A DNA stretch of 64,000 nt from an uncultured virus (IMG/VR IMGVR_UViG_3300029922_000018) (taxonomy: Duplodnaviria > Heunggongvirae > Uroviricota > Caudoviricetes), in the IMG/VR virus record IMGVR_UViG_3300029922_000018, one strand, 5' to 3'. The notes beneath the pieces are model-generated. The model did not search any database and was not told the DNA's origin. It saw only the letters and a list, made by a program, of their open reading frames with translations. Both the position numbers and the translations under genes were made by a program. This document shows, piece after piece, positions 1 through 9,362 of this stretch; within the stretch, counting starts at the first letter, position 1; every line of letters starts with the position of its first letter.

Positions 1-5
1 CTGGT

Positions 6-422
6 ATGTCTGTAATATTGTTTGTAAATTATACGGAAACCATCAACACATTATCCGAAAGATTAAACTCCAGTTGTATTTATTCCGGTCAAGTAAGCAG
101 TTCAGAAAAACAAAAAAATATAGATAATTTTCAGTCTAATAAAGAAAAAATATTTATAGTTCAAGTTAAATCTGGTGGGACCGGCTTAAATTTGGGAGAT
201 ACTGATGGGAATCATCCACGGTGCTCGATAATATCTCCAGATGATTCTGCACGAGATATTAGACAAGCATGTGGTCGGGGTTGGAGAGAAAATAGCAAAA
301 GTAAGTCGATAGTTAAAATACCATTTGCAAATGGAACTATCGAGGCTTCGGTAGTTGATAATATGAATACTAAAACAAACAATATAGATATTATAAATGA
401 TGGAATGCTAAAAATAATATAA
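6..422 (+). CDS. SF2/SNF2-type helicase, C-terminal domain (5' truncated by window)
   Basis: HelicC motifs VILFVNY, IDNFQ, SGGTGLNL, QACGRGWR. Confidence 0.8.
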   Translation: MSVILFVNYTETINTLSERLNSSCIYSGQVSSSEKQKNIDNFQSNKEKIFIVQVKSGGTGLNLGDTDGNHPRCSIISPDDSARDIRQACGRGWRENSKSKSIVKIPFANGTIEASVVDNMNTKTNNIDIINDGMLKII

Positions 423-468
423 AATGTTTCGTCGATTTATGTTTCGACACTATACTTATATAGTATAT

Positions 469-1383
469 ATGAATAATACAACAATCAATAAAAAATTATG
501 GGAAGAAAAAAGCTTAATCGAAGTAAATCCGAACTTGTCGAGCAAAAACGTATCCGAGATGCCCGATACTATACCAAGCATGGAGAACAAATTAAAAAAG
601 AACGAATGCGAAAATACTGGGAAAAGGTGGATAAGAAGTTGTCCAAATTGTAAATCTACTATAACATACAAATCAAAAGAAATTCTTAATAAAGCAATAA
701 AAAACAATTCCCACCACTGTAAAAAATGCAGTAATATTGGCCGCACATCTCCATTTAAAGGAATTAGGAAAACATATATAGGAACTTGTTTAGACTGTGG
801 ATATATAAGAGAACTTCTACACGCATCAAATTATTCTACATCCAAAAAGAAAGGGTTTCGGTGTGAGAAATGTGCGAATAAAAAGAAACAAATAACAATA
901 AATTCACCCACATATATTAAACCAACCATAAAGCATGAAGAATATAATAGATTATGTCCAGACTGCCACGAAGTTGTATATTATACATCAAAAAGAATCC
1001 TAGATAATGCTAAATATAAAAACAGTAAATGTAGAAAATGTGCCGACAAAGAACATCGGTTAAGATGTATAGAAAAAAGACAAAATATATATCCAATATA
1101 TAATAAAATGGCGTGTTGTATATTCGAAGATATAAACAAATCACTAGGTTGGAACTTACAACATGCTACAAACGGAAAAGAATATAAAATAATCGGGTAT
1201 TTTTTAGATGCATATGATAAGGATAGAAATATAGTAGTTGAATACGACGAACCACATCATTATTATAAAGATGGGACTATGCGTAAAAAGGACATTCGAA
1301 GACAGGAAGAAATAACAAAACATTTAAATTGTAAATTTTACAGAATAAAACACAATCAAGACTGGAAAGATGTAATACTATGA
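469..1383 (+). CDS. Zn-ribbon-repeat PD-(D/E)XK (Vsr-like) homing endonuclease; start 469 or 580
   Basis: Multiple CPxC/CxxC repeats; C-terminal YFLDAYD..NIVVEYDEPHH; paralog of 21530..22834. Confidence 0.75.
   Translation: MNNTTINKKLWEEKSLIEVNPNLSSKNVSEMPDTIPSMENKLKKNECENTGKRWIRSCPNCKSTITYKSKEILNKAIKNNSHHCKKCSNIGRTSPFKGIRKTYIGTCLDCGYIRELLHASNYSTSKKKGFRCEKCANKKKQITINSPTYIKPTIKHEEYNRLCPDCHEVVYYTSKRILDNAKYKNSKCRKCADKEHRLRCIEKRQNIYPIYNKMACCIFEDINKSLGWNLQHATNGKEYKIIGYFLDAYDKDRNIVVEYDEPHHYYKDGTMRKKDIRRQEEITKHLNCKFYRIKHNQDWKDVIL
498..653 (+). CDS. MGRKK micro-ORF (51 aa) overlapping the endonuclease in another frame
   Basis: Hand translation MGRKKLNRSKSELVEQKRIRDARYYTKHGEQIKKERMRKYWEKVDKKLSKL*; four similar copies in the window. 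Confidence 0.7.
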   Translation: MGRKKLNRSKSELVEQKRIRDARYYTKHGEQIKKERMRKYWEKVDKKLSKL

Positions 1384-2153
1384 ATTATCCAATTAGCATA
1401 TGCATTCCAACGTTCAAAGAACCGGAATATCTTGACCTTACGATTCAATCTGCAATAGATGGACAGGTAAATAATAACGAATATGTAATTACTATAGATG
1501 GAACATATACCGAAAATAAATGGGTATTAGATAAGTGGAAAAATAAAATAAAACCGGTTATATTCGAACAAATCATGGGGCAATCAGTGGCTACCAACTA
1601 TTCGGTATATAACGCATCAAATGATAATGTATTTATATGCAATGATGACCAAGTTTTTCCAAAGGATTGGGATATTAATCTATTAGATGGATATAATCCG
1701 GCAGTAGATGTAATGACTGCTAATCAAATAGAACCTTATGATTCGATGTTTAACCAATTCATAAAACATGATTTTGGACGAACGGCTGCTACGTTTGATA
1801 TGGAAATGTTTTATAAATTTGAGCCTACATTCAGAAAAAATAAAATTGATGATAGTGGGTCTACATTACCATATTTAATATCTAAAATCAACTACTTGAA
1901 AACCGGTGGATGGTCAGACTTCCCCAGTGGGCATGTGGTTGACTGGGAATGTATGTTAAAATATCAATTATGTGGTTTAAAAATGAAAAGAAACTATATG
2001 TGTAATTTATATCATTTTGTATCTATTGGAACTTCATTGCCCGAAAAAATTAACGAAAAAAAACTAAAAGAACAACAAGGGTTTGAGCATTTTAGGATGA
2101 AATGGGGTAGTTATCCTAAACATGACCCCATCACCAATCTAAAATCATTATAA
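1380..2153 (+). CDS. GT2 family glycosyltransferase
   Basis: ISICIPTF, ITIDG and FICNDD (DxD-type) motifs. Confidence 0.85.
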   Translation: MNYPISICIPTFKEPEYLDLTIQSAIDGQVNNNEYVITIDGTYTENKWVLDKWKNKIKPVIFEQIMGQSVATNYSVYNASNDNVFICNDDQVFPKDWDINLLDGYNPAVDVMTANQIEPYDSMFNQFIKHDFGRTAATFDMEMFYKFEPTFRKNKIDDSGSTLPYLISKINYLKTGGWSDFPSGHVVDWECMLKYQLCGLKMKRNYMCNLYHFVSIGTSLPEKINEKKLKEQQGFEHFRMKWGSYPKHDPITNLKSL

Positions 2154-2241
2154 TCAATCAGTCGACCATAATTTCTATTATTCTAACATAGAAATCATTA
2201 TAATTCTATTCTTCCACTAAAAATCCATTATATTTATAGTT

Positions 2242-2577
2242 ATTAATATCTTAAATATCATACTAGTAATAACTATAATATTACTGATAATATTCAAAAC
2301 TGAAGCGTGGGTTGAGTATTGTAAATTACTTAAACTTGATTTTATATCTAAGTATATCGACTATGAATTGAAAAAGTCAAATGATGTATCTCTCGACTAT
2401 ATACAATACCTCAGACAATATCATAATTGCTTCTTAATACGTCTTATTACTTGCCCCATATGCTTATCAATGTGGCTCGGTATAATTTCAGGAGTAATAC
2501 TGTTATCCCCCTATTCTATCCCCTTGTATATTGTGGGTGGCCTCGTAATATTTCTGGTAATAAATAAACTATTATGA
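2242..2577 (+). CDS. Small membrane protein with CPxCxSxW motif (DUF1360-like); start uncertain
   Basis: LITCPICLSMWLG plus hydrophobic helices; frame is open upstream of the track's TTG start back to 2221. Confidence 0.55.
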   Translation: MNILNIILVITIILLIIFKTEAWVEYCKLLKLDFISKYIDYELKKSNDVSLDYIQYLRQYHNCFLIRLITCPICLSMWLGIISGVILLSPYSIPLYIVGGLVIFLVINKLL

Positions 2578-2864
2578 GAATTAACAATGTAACTGAGTTT
2601 GTGAATTTTTCAAATTCTAATGGACTTGCAGCATTGGATGCTTCATTTGCTCAAATAATTCAATGTATTGAAAAATATAAATATAAATGTAGCTGTTACA
2701 ATAACCAAGATAAGATTAATCAATATAACGAATGTAATAGATTATATTCCAATATAGTATTATCAATACTACCTAGATTTAAATCTCAAATATTTTCAAA
2801 AGTAGGAGACATGCAAATATATTTTCACGATGGAAGTCTCCTAATTGGAATTTTATCTAGATGA
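2574..2864 (+). CDS. Hypothetical protein
   Basis: ORF coupled to the upstream gene by a 4-nt overlap. Confidence 0.6.
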   Translation: MRINNVTEFVNFSNSNGLAALDASFAQIIQCIEKYKYKCSCYNNQDKINQYNECNRLYSNIVLSILPRFKSQIFSKVGDMQIYFHDGSLLIGILSR

Positions 2865-3236
2865 TTTAAATTTTAATTTTTTAATGGTATTCAATTCTTT
2901 TGGAAGTTCTCCATTATCAATCATATGTTCAGTTTCAATTAAACATAGTATATTCCATGCCGCTGCAATCGCATGGTCTTCATCCCTATGACCAGCCATA
3001 AATTTATATAAATGCCGGAAAGCAGAATCTAAATATCGATTCAATGGAATCCCCTTGGTCCAATTAGAATCGCCATATTTTACCGCACCATTTTCAAAAT
3101 GTTTTGCAAGGCGTGACATAGCTTCACATGGAATCAAGTCATATCGTCCCTTTCCTATCTGAATATCTCGCTGTGCGCCCGTTTTAAATTTTTGCCGCTT
3201 ACCTGAATCTTTAACAACAAATTTATTTTTACTCAT
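2853..3236 (-). CDS. dATP/dGTP diphosphohydrolase domain protein (DUF5664-like)
   Basis: TGAQRD..GKGRYDLIP, GAVKYGDSNWTKG, DSAFRHL, EDHAIAAAWN. Confidence 0.8.
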   Translation of the reverse strand: MSKNKFVVKDSGKRQKFKTGAQRDIQIGKGRYDLIPCEAMSRLAKHFENGAVKYGDSNWTKGIPLNRYLDSAFRHLYKFMAGHRDEDHAIAAAWNILCLIETEHMIDNGELPKELNTIKKLKFKSSR

Positions 3237-3729
3237 CTTTTTTATCCTCAAATAATTCGTTAATTTCTTTCTCGTCCAAACCAAATGACTGTAATATCTG
3301 TTCTAATTCCTGCTCTCCTCGCTTTGACTTTAATAGAATATTTATATATTCATTTGATTGGTAGTTTGGTATTTTAAATCGTTTTCCAATATACTCAACC
3401 AACTCTTTCCTAAATTTTATTTTTTTTGACTTTACCCATGGATAAAACCTAGTTGATTTTGGAACTATAGCAATCAATAACTGATAAAATTGCGGAGACG
3501 GTATTTTATCATGTATCTGATACAGTTGAGCCATATCTTCAACGATGGACGCATCCATTGATAATGCTCTAAGTATCATGAAATGATTAAAGGTCTTCTT
3601 ATCAAAATCCGACAATGATTTATAATAATCAACGTCTTGATTTTGCCGGATTTCCTTGACATGGTCAAAGACCGACTTCCGCTTAATCTTCGGAATTGTT
3701 TCTTGACCGAGTTTTTGATTTATAGACAT
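3229..3729 (-). CDS. T4 gp62-like clamp loader small subunit
   Basis: VFDHVKEI, FNHFMILRALSM, IVPKSTRFYPWVKSKK pattern. Confidence 0.65.
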   Translation of the reverse strand: MSINQKLGQETIPKIKRKSVFDHVKEIRQNQDVDYYKSLSDFDKKTFNHFMILRALSMDASIVEDMAQLYQIHDKIPSPQFYQLLIAIVPKSTRFYPWVKSKKIKFRKELVEYIGKRFKIPNYQSNEYINILLKSKRGEQELEQILQSFGLDEKEINELFEDKKDE

Positions 3730-3982
3730 TCGCTTCTTTTTCTATTTTAATTATTCGCTTCGCAATTATCTCAATATTTTTAGCTAGGGAGTCGTCGTTA
3801 TCTCTGGCGGTTTCGGCACACTTTGCCAGAAATGGAACTTCGACTTCGGCGGATTTTATCAGAGGAGGTAAATCTACACGTATCAACTTCAATATTTTCT
3901 TATTTGAAAAATACCAAAGTGTAAATAGTATTATATTAAACAATACTAATACCGATGTAACTATTACCAGTGCTATAATCAT
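3683..3982 (-). CDS. Hypothetical membrane-anchored protein
   Basis: N-terminal hydrophobic helix followed by coiled coil. Confidence 0.6.
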   Translation of the reverse strand: MIIALVIVTSVLVLFNIILFTLWYFSNKKILKLIRVDLPPLIKSAEVEVPFLAKCAETARDNDDSLAKNIEIIAKRIIKIEKEANVYKSKTRSRNNSED

Positions 3983-4128
3983 AATATCTCATTATCATTA
4001 AAAATATCCCATTTCTTTTTGCTAGTTGGAAACGGCTCCTTTTGATGATGTTTATTGGGCTTCTTTTTCTTATTATAAGAGTCGTTAGTCTTATACTTGT
4101 CTCGGTTTTCTTTGTATGATTTCCCCAT
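3979..4128 (-). CDS. Small basic protein (49 aa) missing from ORF track
   Basis: MGKSYKENRDKYK...WDIFNDNEIL*; TGA overlaps the next ATG (ATGA). Confidence 0.55.
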   Translation of the reverse strand: MGKSYKENRDKYKTNDSYNKKKKPNKHHQKEPFPTSKKKWDIFNDNEIL

Positions 4129-4170
4129 ATTATTAATAGTTGATTGTTCTATAATACATACTACAATTTA

Positions 4171-4473
4171 TCAATATCGCCGTATATATTTTCCAATAGT
4201 TTCGATTTGACCTTTGTAAAGGTCAATTTTTTTATATCCATCAGAAGTTAAAATATAACTAATAACAATTACCTGAGAACTAATAGGGACATTCATTATT
4301 TTGTATATATTCTTGAGATTTGTCAACACAATTGCTTTGCTCCCATATATAATTGGGTTTACCATGTCCACATCATAGAGAACCGCCTCTGACATTGAAT
4401 AGTAATAAAGATGAAAGACGTTCCCGTGGATGGAGTCTTTCTTCTCGTGGTTTATTACATTCTTAGCAATCAT
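4171..4473 (-). CDS. Hypothetical protein
   Basis: ORF in co-directional operon. Confidence 0.6.
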   Translation of the reverse strand: MIAKNVINHEKKDSIHGNVFHLYYYSMSEAVLYDVDMVNPIIYGSKAIVLTNLKNIYKIMNVPISSQVIVISYILTSDGYKKIDLYKGQIETIGKYIRRY

Positions 4474-4474
4474 A

Positions 4475-4750
4475 TTAACCGAGAATAGCCTTCTTCAATC
4501 CATCGACTATATTAACCCGATTAGCTTCTGCTTTGGCAATTGTAATTGGCGTAATGGGTGTAAACGCATACAGTTTGGTTGGTCTGCCCATATTTCCGGT
4601 GATAGCCCCTAGCTCGGCAATCTTGCCCGCCTCTTTTTCCTTGGTTATTCTTACCCGCATAGTAATTTCTTTTTCGGTTGGATTTAACGTAAATACTTCT
4701 TTAAGAGTGAAGGTTTGTGTGGATGGCCAGTTTATTTTTTTATTTTTCAT
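4475..4750 (-). CDS. Small winged-helix-like DNA-binding protein
   Basis: FTLKEV...GRPTKLY wing-like motif; consensus promoter upstream. Confidence 0.5.
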   Translation of the reverse strand: MKNKKINWPSTQTFTLKEVFTLNPTEKEITMRVRITKEKEAGKIAELGAITGNMGRPTKLYAFTPITPITIAKAEANRVNIVDGLKKAILG

Positions 4751-4776
4751 AATTATTTTTTGTTTAAGACGAGGCT

Positions 4777-4805
4777 ATTATATCAGAGTTTGTAATAATT
4801 GTCAA
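4777..4805 (-). promoter_or_regulatory. Perfect sigma70 promoter
   Basis: TTGACA-17 nt-TATAAT on the minus strand. Confidence 0.85.
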
Positions 4806-4808
4806 CTG

Positions 4809-5192
4809 TTATTTTAATAAGTCGGAATTTTCTAAAATATTTCCCACTACTTCTGGATTAGTGGCATATACACTTCTCTCTTCATCTGGAATTAGATAAA
4901 ACGGATAAAATCCCCCAACATTTGCATCATAGAAGACTTCTGCCGGTTTAAAAACTCCACATCGAATGATATCACCCTCATAAATCTCTTTTCCATTTAT
5001 ATCCTTAATTCCAATATATTGTTGGATAATTGGGTCAAATCCTTCTAAAGTAAATATTTTATGTATTACAGATTGGTTATCATCTATCTCGACATAGTGA
5101 ATTAACGGAACTCCAGTATCTGCTCCAAATATAATTGAATTTAACCAAGATTTTTTAAGATTACTCCAAACTCTAAATTTTAATTTACGCAT
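4809..5192 (-). CDS. YopX family protein
   Basis: MRKLKFRVW, QYIGIKDINGKEIYEGDII, EVVGNILEN. Confidence 0.9.
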   Translation of the reverse strand: MRKLKFRVWSNLKKSWLNSIIFGADTGVPLIHYVEIDDNQSVIHKIFTLEGFDPIIQQYIGIKDINGKEIYEGDIIRCGVFKPAEVFYDANVGGFYPFYLIPDEERSVYATNPEVVGNILENSDLLK

Positions 5193-5231
5193 GTTAATAT
5201 AATATCATAGTTATTAAAAATGTCAAGGAAA

Positions 5232-5255
5232 TAAAAAATCCCTCCGAAGAGGGAT
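5232..5255 (-). terminator. Rho-independent terminator with UUCG tetraloop
   Basis: ATCCCTC-TTCG-GAGGGAT followed by a T run on the minus strand. Confidence 0.85.
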
Positions 5256-5274
5256 GAGTTATATAAAGATTAGA

Positions 5275-5979
5275 TTATTTTTGTTTGATTGTCAATTTTG
5301 TATCTTTTTGTTTTGGATATTTATAAGTAGGTTTTGTTCCTTTAATGGAATGTTCGTCTTGTTTTTTTGTTTTACCAACTTCTTCCATTGGTTTATTTTG
5401 TGGAGTTGATTTTTCTCCATCTTCATTAAAGTCTTTATTTTTATTTGATGCATCTCCGACTTTTTTATGTTCGGGCTTATCTTTTTGTGGAAGCCCCTTA
5501 TCAGGTGCTTCAATAGATTTTTCTTTTTCATTATCTACCGATTTCTTATATGCCTTTTCGGTGTTGGTCTCATTATTTTTTAGATTTTCTTTAATGAAAG
5601 ATAAAACTTGTTCCAGCGTTTGCCCTACCACTACTATACGGTCTTCATTTTTTGTATATGCTTCAATATTATATGAATTGCTCCATCTAGGAGTTATACG
5701 AATAGAATTTAAATCCCTGACATTTATCATAATGTCATCATGGTCGTCCCATATGACAGTTGAAGATTTATCGGCTTCGGACGCTGCTTTAGTAATAGTA
5801 TCTAAAATTTCTTCTTTGGACTTGGAATCTACCTTGTGGGGAGTAATATCTTTCAGGTCGGCTCCTTTATTGACTTCGGGCAGTCGTTTAAATATTTTCT
5901 TATCAGTTGAAGATTTTTCTATTTCTTCTTTGAGAATGCGTCTAACGACAGATTTAAATTCAGATGGTAAATTACTCAT
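5275..5979 (-). CDS. Hypothetical charged late protein, possibly virion-internal
   Basis: TATTTATA 4 nt upstream of ATG; N-terminal RRILKEE. Confidence 0.6.
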   Translation of the reverse strand: MSNLPSEFKSVVRRILKEEIEKSSTDKKIFKRLPEVNKGADLKDITPHKVDSKSKEEILDTITKAASEADKSSTVIWDDHDDIMINVRDLNSIRITPRWSNSYNIEAYTKNEDRIVVVGQTLEQVLSFIKENLKNNETNTEKAYKKSVDNEKEKSIEAPDKGLPQKDKPEHKKVGDASNKNKDFNEDGEKSTPQNKPMEEVGKTKKQDEHSIKGTKPTYKYPKQKDTKLTIKQK

Positions 5980-5983
5980 ATGA

Positions 5984-5991
5984 TATAAATA
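5984..5991 (-). promoter_or_regulatory. Putative phage late promoter TATTTATA (representative copy)
   Basis: Also at 6703, 17553, 25542, 27919, 29429, 32058, 34920, 39352, 44741, 49233, 58947, 60403, 63755, each upstream of a minus-strand ATG. Confidence 0.75.
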
Positions 5992-6015
5992 TAAAGATAA
6001 ATTGTTAAAAATTGT

Positions 6016-6297
6016 CTATTTTAAAGAATTATTATAAGTAAATACTGGAAGTTCTGGAATGGCTCGGTTAATGACCATTTTCTCCGCTTTTTTCTCATAA
6101 TCAACATAAACCATGTCGAATGGGTGGTTTTGGAGTTTATTTAGGTTAATTGCCTCGAATAATGACGCACTATCTTGGTAAGTTTTAATTGATATATTAT
6201 CATACCATCCACAGATGGTATCCTTCATACGAGACACTTCATCCTTACCATTTCCTAGAATGGCGACATACAACCTTTTATTGAAATAACCTATCAT
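6016..6297 (-). CDS. Receiver (CheY-like) domain-like small protein
   Basis: YVAIL...PFDMVYVD...PELPVF pattern. Confidence 0.45.
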   Translation of the reverse strand: MIGYFNKRLYVAILGNGKDEVSRMKDTICGWYDNISIKTYQDSASLFEAINLNKLQNHPFDMVYVDYEKKAEKMVINRAIPELPVFTYNNSLK

Positions 6298-6303
6298 ATA
6301 CTA

Positions 6304-6693
6304 CTATAAATTCTTCAATTTGTCATTTTCCTCTTTATAAGCAGTCAAACTACGCTGTAATGACGTTATTTCATCTTGTAATGTCGCCGACAATTTACCA
6401 CTTGCAATCAATTGAGCTTCCAAATCTTGAATACTGACTTTTAATTTCACATTTTCAGTGGTTAATTTTTCTACTTCAATCTTTAAACTTTTAATTTCCC
6501 GTAAAAATTCTTCTTTCATGTCCTGAATTACGCCCTTTACAATATCAAGTGCCTTGCCCTGTATTTCGGCCTCAGTCTTTGATTTGGCGATTTTTTCCGC
6601 CATTATATTTTTACGTCGGCCAAGCATATATGCCACTACACCAGTTATTAGTGTAGGAATTGTAGCCGCAAAAATGGGTGTATATTCAATCAT
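6304..6693 (-). CDS. Membrane-anchored coiled-coil protein (possibly holin/spanin-related)
   Basis: One N-terminal TM helix plus long heptad region; TATTTATA upstream. Confidence 0.55.
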   Translation of the reverse strand: MIEYTPIFAATIPTLITGVVAYMLGRRKNIMAEKIAKSKTEAEIQGKALDIVKGVIQDMKEEFLREIKSLKIEVEKLTTENVKLKVSIQDLEAQLIASGKLSATLQDEITSLQRSLTAYKEENDKLKNL

Positions 6694-6755
6694 ATATATA
6701 TATATAAATATAATTGAAAGAAATAGATTTTTGAATTAAAAATCCAATATAATAT

Positions 6756-9344
6756 TTAAGCGCATTTGGAGTGTCCGCAATTTTTACATATTATACACCC
6801 ATTTTCCCGATGCAGCTTGTTTCCACATTCGGGACATTCCTCTCCAGAAACCTCTTTTCCATTGTCAATATATTGTTTCAGAGTTCTAGCCAAACATTTT
6901 GAGAATGAAGTCAAGTCTCCAATTGATTTTTCTAATTGATGCACAACGAACGAAATATCGGAACCATGCCTTAAAGCGCACGACACGAGACGAGTGAGAA
7001 CGTCAGCATTATCATCCGCATGACCATTATTTAGATTATATTCTTCCTTAGTCTTTAAATCTATAAATATATAATCGCTCCTCTTATTCTTGACAATTAC
7101 CCCCTCTTTACATTCTTTTGGAATATACTCCTGCTTTTTGTTATTATTAAATCCCGTGAATATTTCATATGGAACTTTATCCATCAATCCTACCGCCACG
7201 AAATACTTATGACCTCTGAAATTAAAGAAATGTAGACGACCTTCAAGTTTTTTAGGGCGTTTTGGTGCTATTGTTCTGACGATTGCTGGTATAGAGTCAT
7301 CTTTTTTATTTATTAACACTCCACTGCGGCATCCGTCACGATACACTGTAATTCCTTTACATCCACTTTCCCATGCTTGCTGATAGATTTCAGCCACTTT
7401 TTCCTCGGTAACATCAGATGGTAAATTCAAGGTGCTACTAATTGCATGGTCGATATGCTTTTGAGCGGTTGCCTGTAATTTAACCCTCTGCTTCCAATCA
7501 ATGTCAGGAGCACACGAACCATTCCATGGAGATTTTTTCCAGTCAGTTTCTCCCGTCACATCCATCCAAACTTTTAATTTTTGATGTAAAATGTCAAATT
7601 CTTGCCATCGGTCTCCATTTGCATCGGTAAAGTCTGTTCTTGCATTTACATCATTTGGATTTATTTTTTTTCTTCGTTTATATGGAGCGATACTAAATAT
7701 GGGTTCAATACCCGATGTGGTCTGTGTCAATATACTAACAGAACCTGCGGGGGCAATTGTAAGATTTGCAATGTTCCTCCGACCATATTTCTTAATTCTG
7801 TTATACAATGCCTCATCTTCTTTCTTAATTTGTAATAGAAACTCAGAATTTTTTTCAAGCTCCCAATCCCAGATTGGAAATGCTCCAATCTCTTGTGCCA
7901 TTTCACATGAAGAATCGAACGATGCTAGTTTTTGAGTTTTATGAATTGCATCGACTAAGTCGATACTTAGTGGGGAACCATATTTTATGTTTAAAGCTGC
8001 AAATGTATCTCCCTCTGCGGTTATACCAAGTCCAGTGCGGCGACCCGAAACACATTTCTCTTTTATTTTTTCCCACATAACTCTCTCTTCCAACTTTACT
8101 TCGCTAGATTCGGGGTCTTTTTTTATTTTGGAAATTATGGCCTCGATTTTTTCAATCTCCAAGTCAATTAAATCGTCCATTAATCGCTGAGAAATCTTAG
8201 CATGTTTATAGAACAATTCAAAATCAAATTCGGCATTTTTCTGAAATGGATTTTTTACATATGAATATAAATTTTGAATTAACAGCCGACAAGAATCAAA
8301 TATGCACAATGGCAATTCGGAGCATGGATTGGTTGATTCGGTTGAGAACCCAAATTTCCCATAACAATCAACAGCATTATACTTTACAATTAAATCCCAA
8401 AAAAGCAATCCAGGCTCGGCGGATTGCCATGCACAATGTATTATCTTCTTCCATACCTTTCTGGCATCAACCATCTTTGAGATTAGAGAGGGGACTCCTT
8501 TTTCTTTATAATCAACCGGAAAACGCTGTTCAAACTGAGTTCCATTTTTCACCGCAATTAAAAATTCGTCAGTTAATTTTATTGAAATATTGGCTCCTGT
8601 AACTTTTGACCTATTTAGTTTAATAGAACAAAAATCAGGATTATTTTCATCATAATATCTAGAATCCGTCTCAATATCTCGCTCACCCTTCTCTTTGTTT
8701 CCCGTAATTATTATTTTTTTTGGAGTCTTCCATTGTTCATCGTCAATCTTAACCGAGTCGGGGTGATGAACTGATATAGTCTCCATCAATGCTCCCCGTC
8801 TCCCCGCCTGACCTATTTCACGGATAGTATTTGAGAATCTTTCCATAAACGCCGGAACTCCAGTTGATGTTCTTGATGAATTTTTAGTTGGTGTCCCAGA
8901 AGGGCGTAAATTATCCATCGAGGTTCCAGTTCCTCCTCTTCGTTTGCATATTTGTGCCAATTGCTGGTCAGTCTTTAAAATTCCTCCTATACTATCACTA
9001 GGAGACTCTACCACATAACAATTAGATAGAGATATTGTTTGATATGTGTTCCCAATTCCAAACATTGGAGACCCCTGCGGAACCACATACTTAAAATTTT
9101 CAAGTAAAGAAAAAATATAAGCATCGGACATCGGAGACTTAAATTTTTTACGTTCAATTCTTGCAAATTCAGATGCAATTCTGTGGTGCATATCGGCTGG
9201 ATTTTTCTCCAATAAATTTCCCTCGTTGTCTTTAAGAGCATATTTGTCAAGAAATACCTTAGACGCCAAATCATCTCCTCCGAAATATTCGGTCGATGCC
9301 TTTAATGCTTCGTCGAAGCTATACGTTTTCATTTTGTTATTCAT
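6756..9344 (-). CDS. nrdJ: Class II (adenosylcobalamin-dependent) ribonucleotide reductase
   Basis: SLSNCYV, GRRGALM, STNPCSE, TIAPAGSVS, KGITVYRDG, C-terminal CPECG..CKNCG. Confidence 0.93.
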   Translation of the reverse strand: MNNKMKTYSFDEALKASTEYFGGDDLASKVFLDKYALKDNEGNLLEKNPADMHHRIASEFARIERKKFKSPMSDAYIFSLLENFKYVVPQGSPMFGIGNTYQTISLSNCYVVESPSDSIGGILKTDQQLAQICKRRGGTGTSMDNLRPSGTPTKNSSRTSTGVPAFMERFSNTIREIGQAGRRGALMETISVHHPDSVKIDDEQWKTPKKIIITGNKEKGERDIETDSRYYDENNPDFCSIKLNRSKVTGANISIKLTDEFLIAVKNGTQFEQRFPVDYKEKGVPSLISKMVDARKVWKKIIHCAWQSAEPGLLFWDLIVKYNAVDCYGKFGFSTESTNPCSELPLCIFDSCRLLIQNLYSYVKNPFQKNAEFDFELFYKHAKISQRLMDDLIDLEIEKIEAIISKIKKDPESSEVKLEERVMWEKIKEKCVSGRRTGLGITAEGDTFAALNIKYGSPLSIDLVDAIHKTQKLASFDSSCEMAQEIGAFPIWDWELEKNSEFLLQIKKEDEALYNRIKKYGRRNIANLTIAPAGSVSILTQTTSGIEPIFSIAPYKRRKKINPNDVNARTDFTDANGDRWQEFDILHQKLKVWMDVTGETDWKKSPWNGSCAPDIDWKQRVKLQATAQKHIDHAISSTLNLPSDVTEEKVAEIYQQAWESGCKGITVYRDGCRSGVLINKKDDSIPAIVRTIAPKRPKKLEGRLHFFNFRGHKYFVAVGLMDKVPYEIFTGFNNNKKQEYIPKECKEGVIVKNKRSDYIFIDLKTKEEYNLNNGHADDNADVLTRLVSCALRHGSDISFVVHQLEKSIGDLTSFSKCLARTLKQYIDNGKEVSGEECPECGNKLHRENGCIICKNCGHSKCA

Positions 9345-9362
9345 ATTTGTATAAATTATTTG

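Noticed and set aside
2853..3236. Z-genome (2-aminoadenine) pathway
   Set aside because: No PurZ in the window; the hydrolase alone is insufficient.
6692..6706. (AT)n microsatellite
   Set aside because: Short, in AT-rich DNA, and merges with the TATTTATA promoter motif.
8634..8756. Intein in NrdJ
   Set aside because: Too short and lacks the C-terminal His-Asn splice junction.
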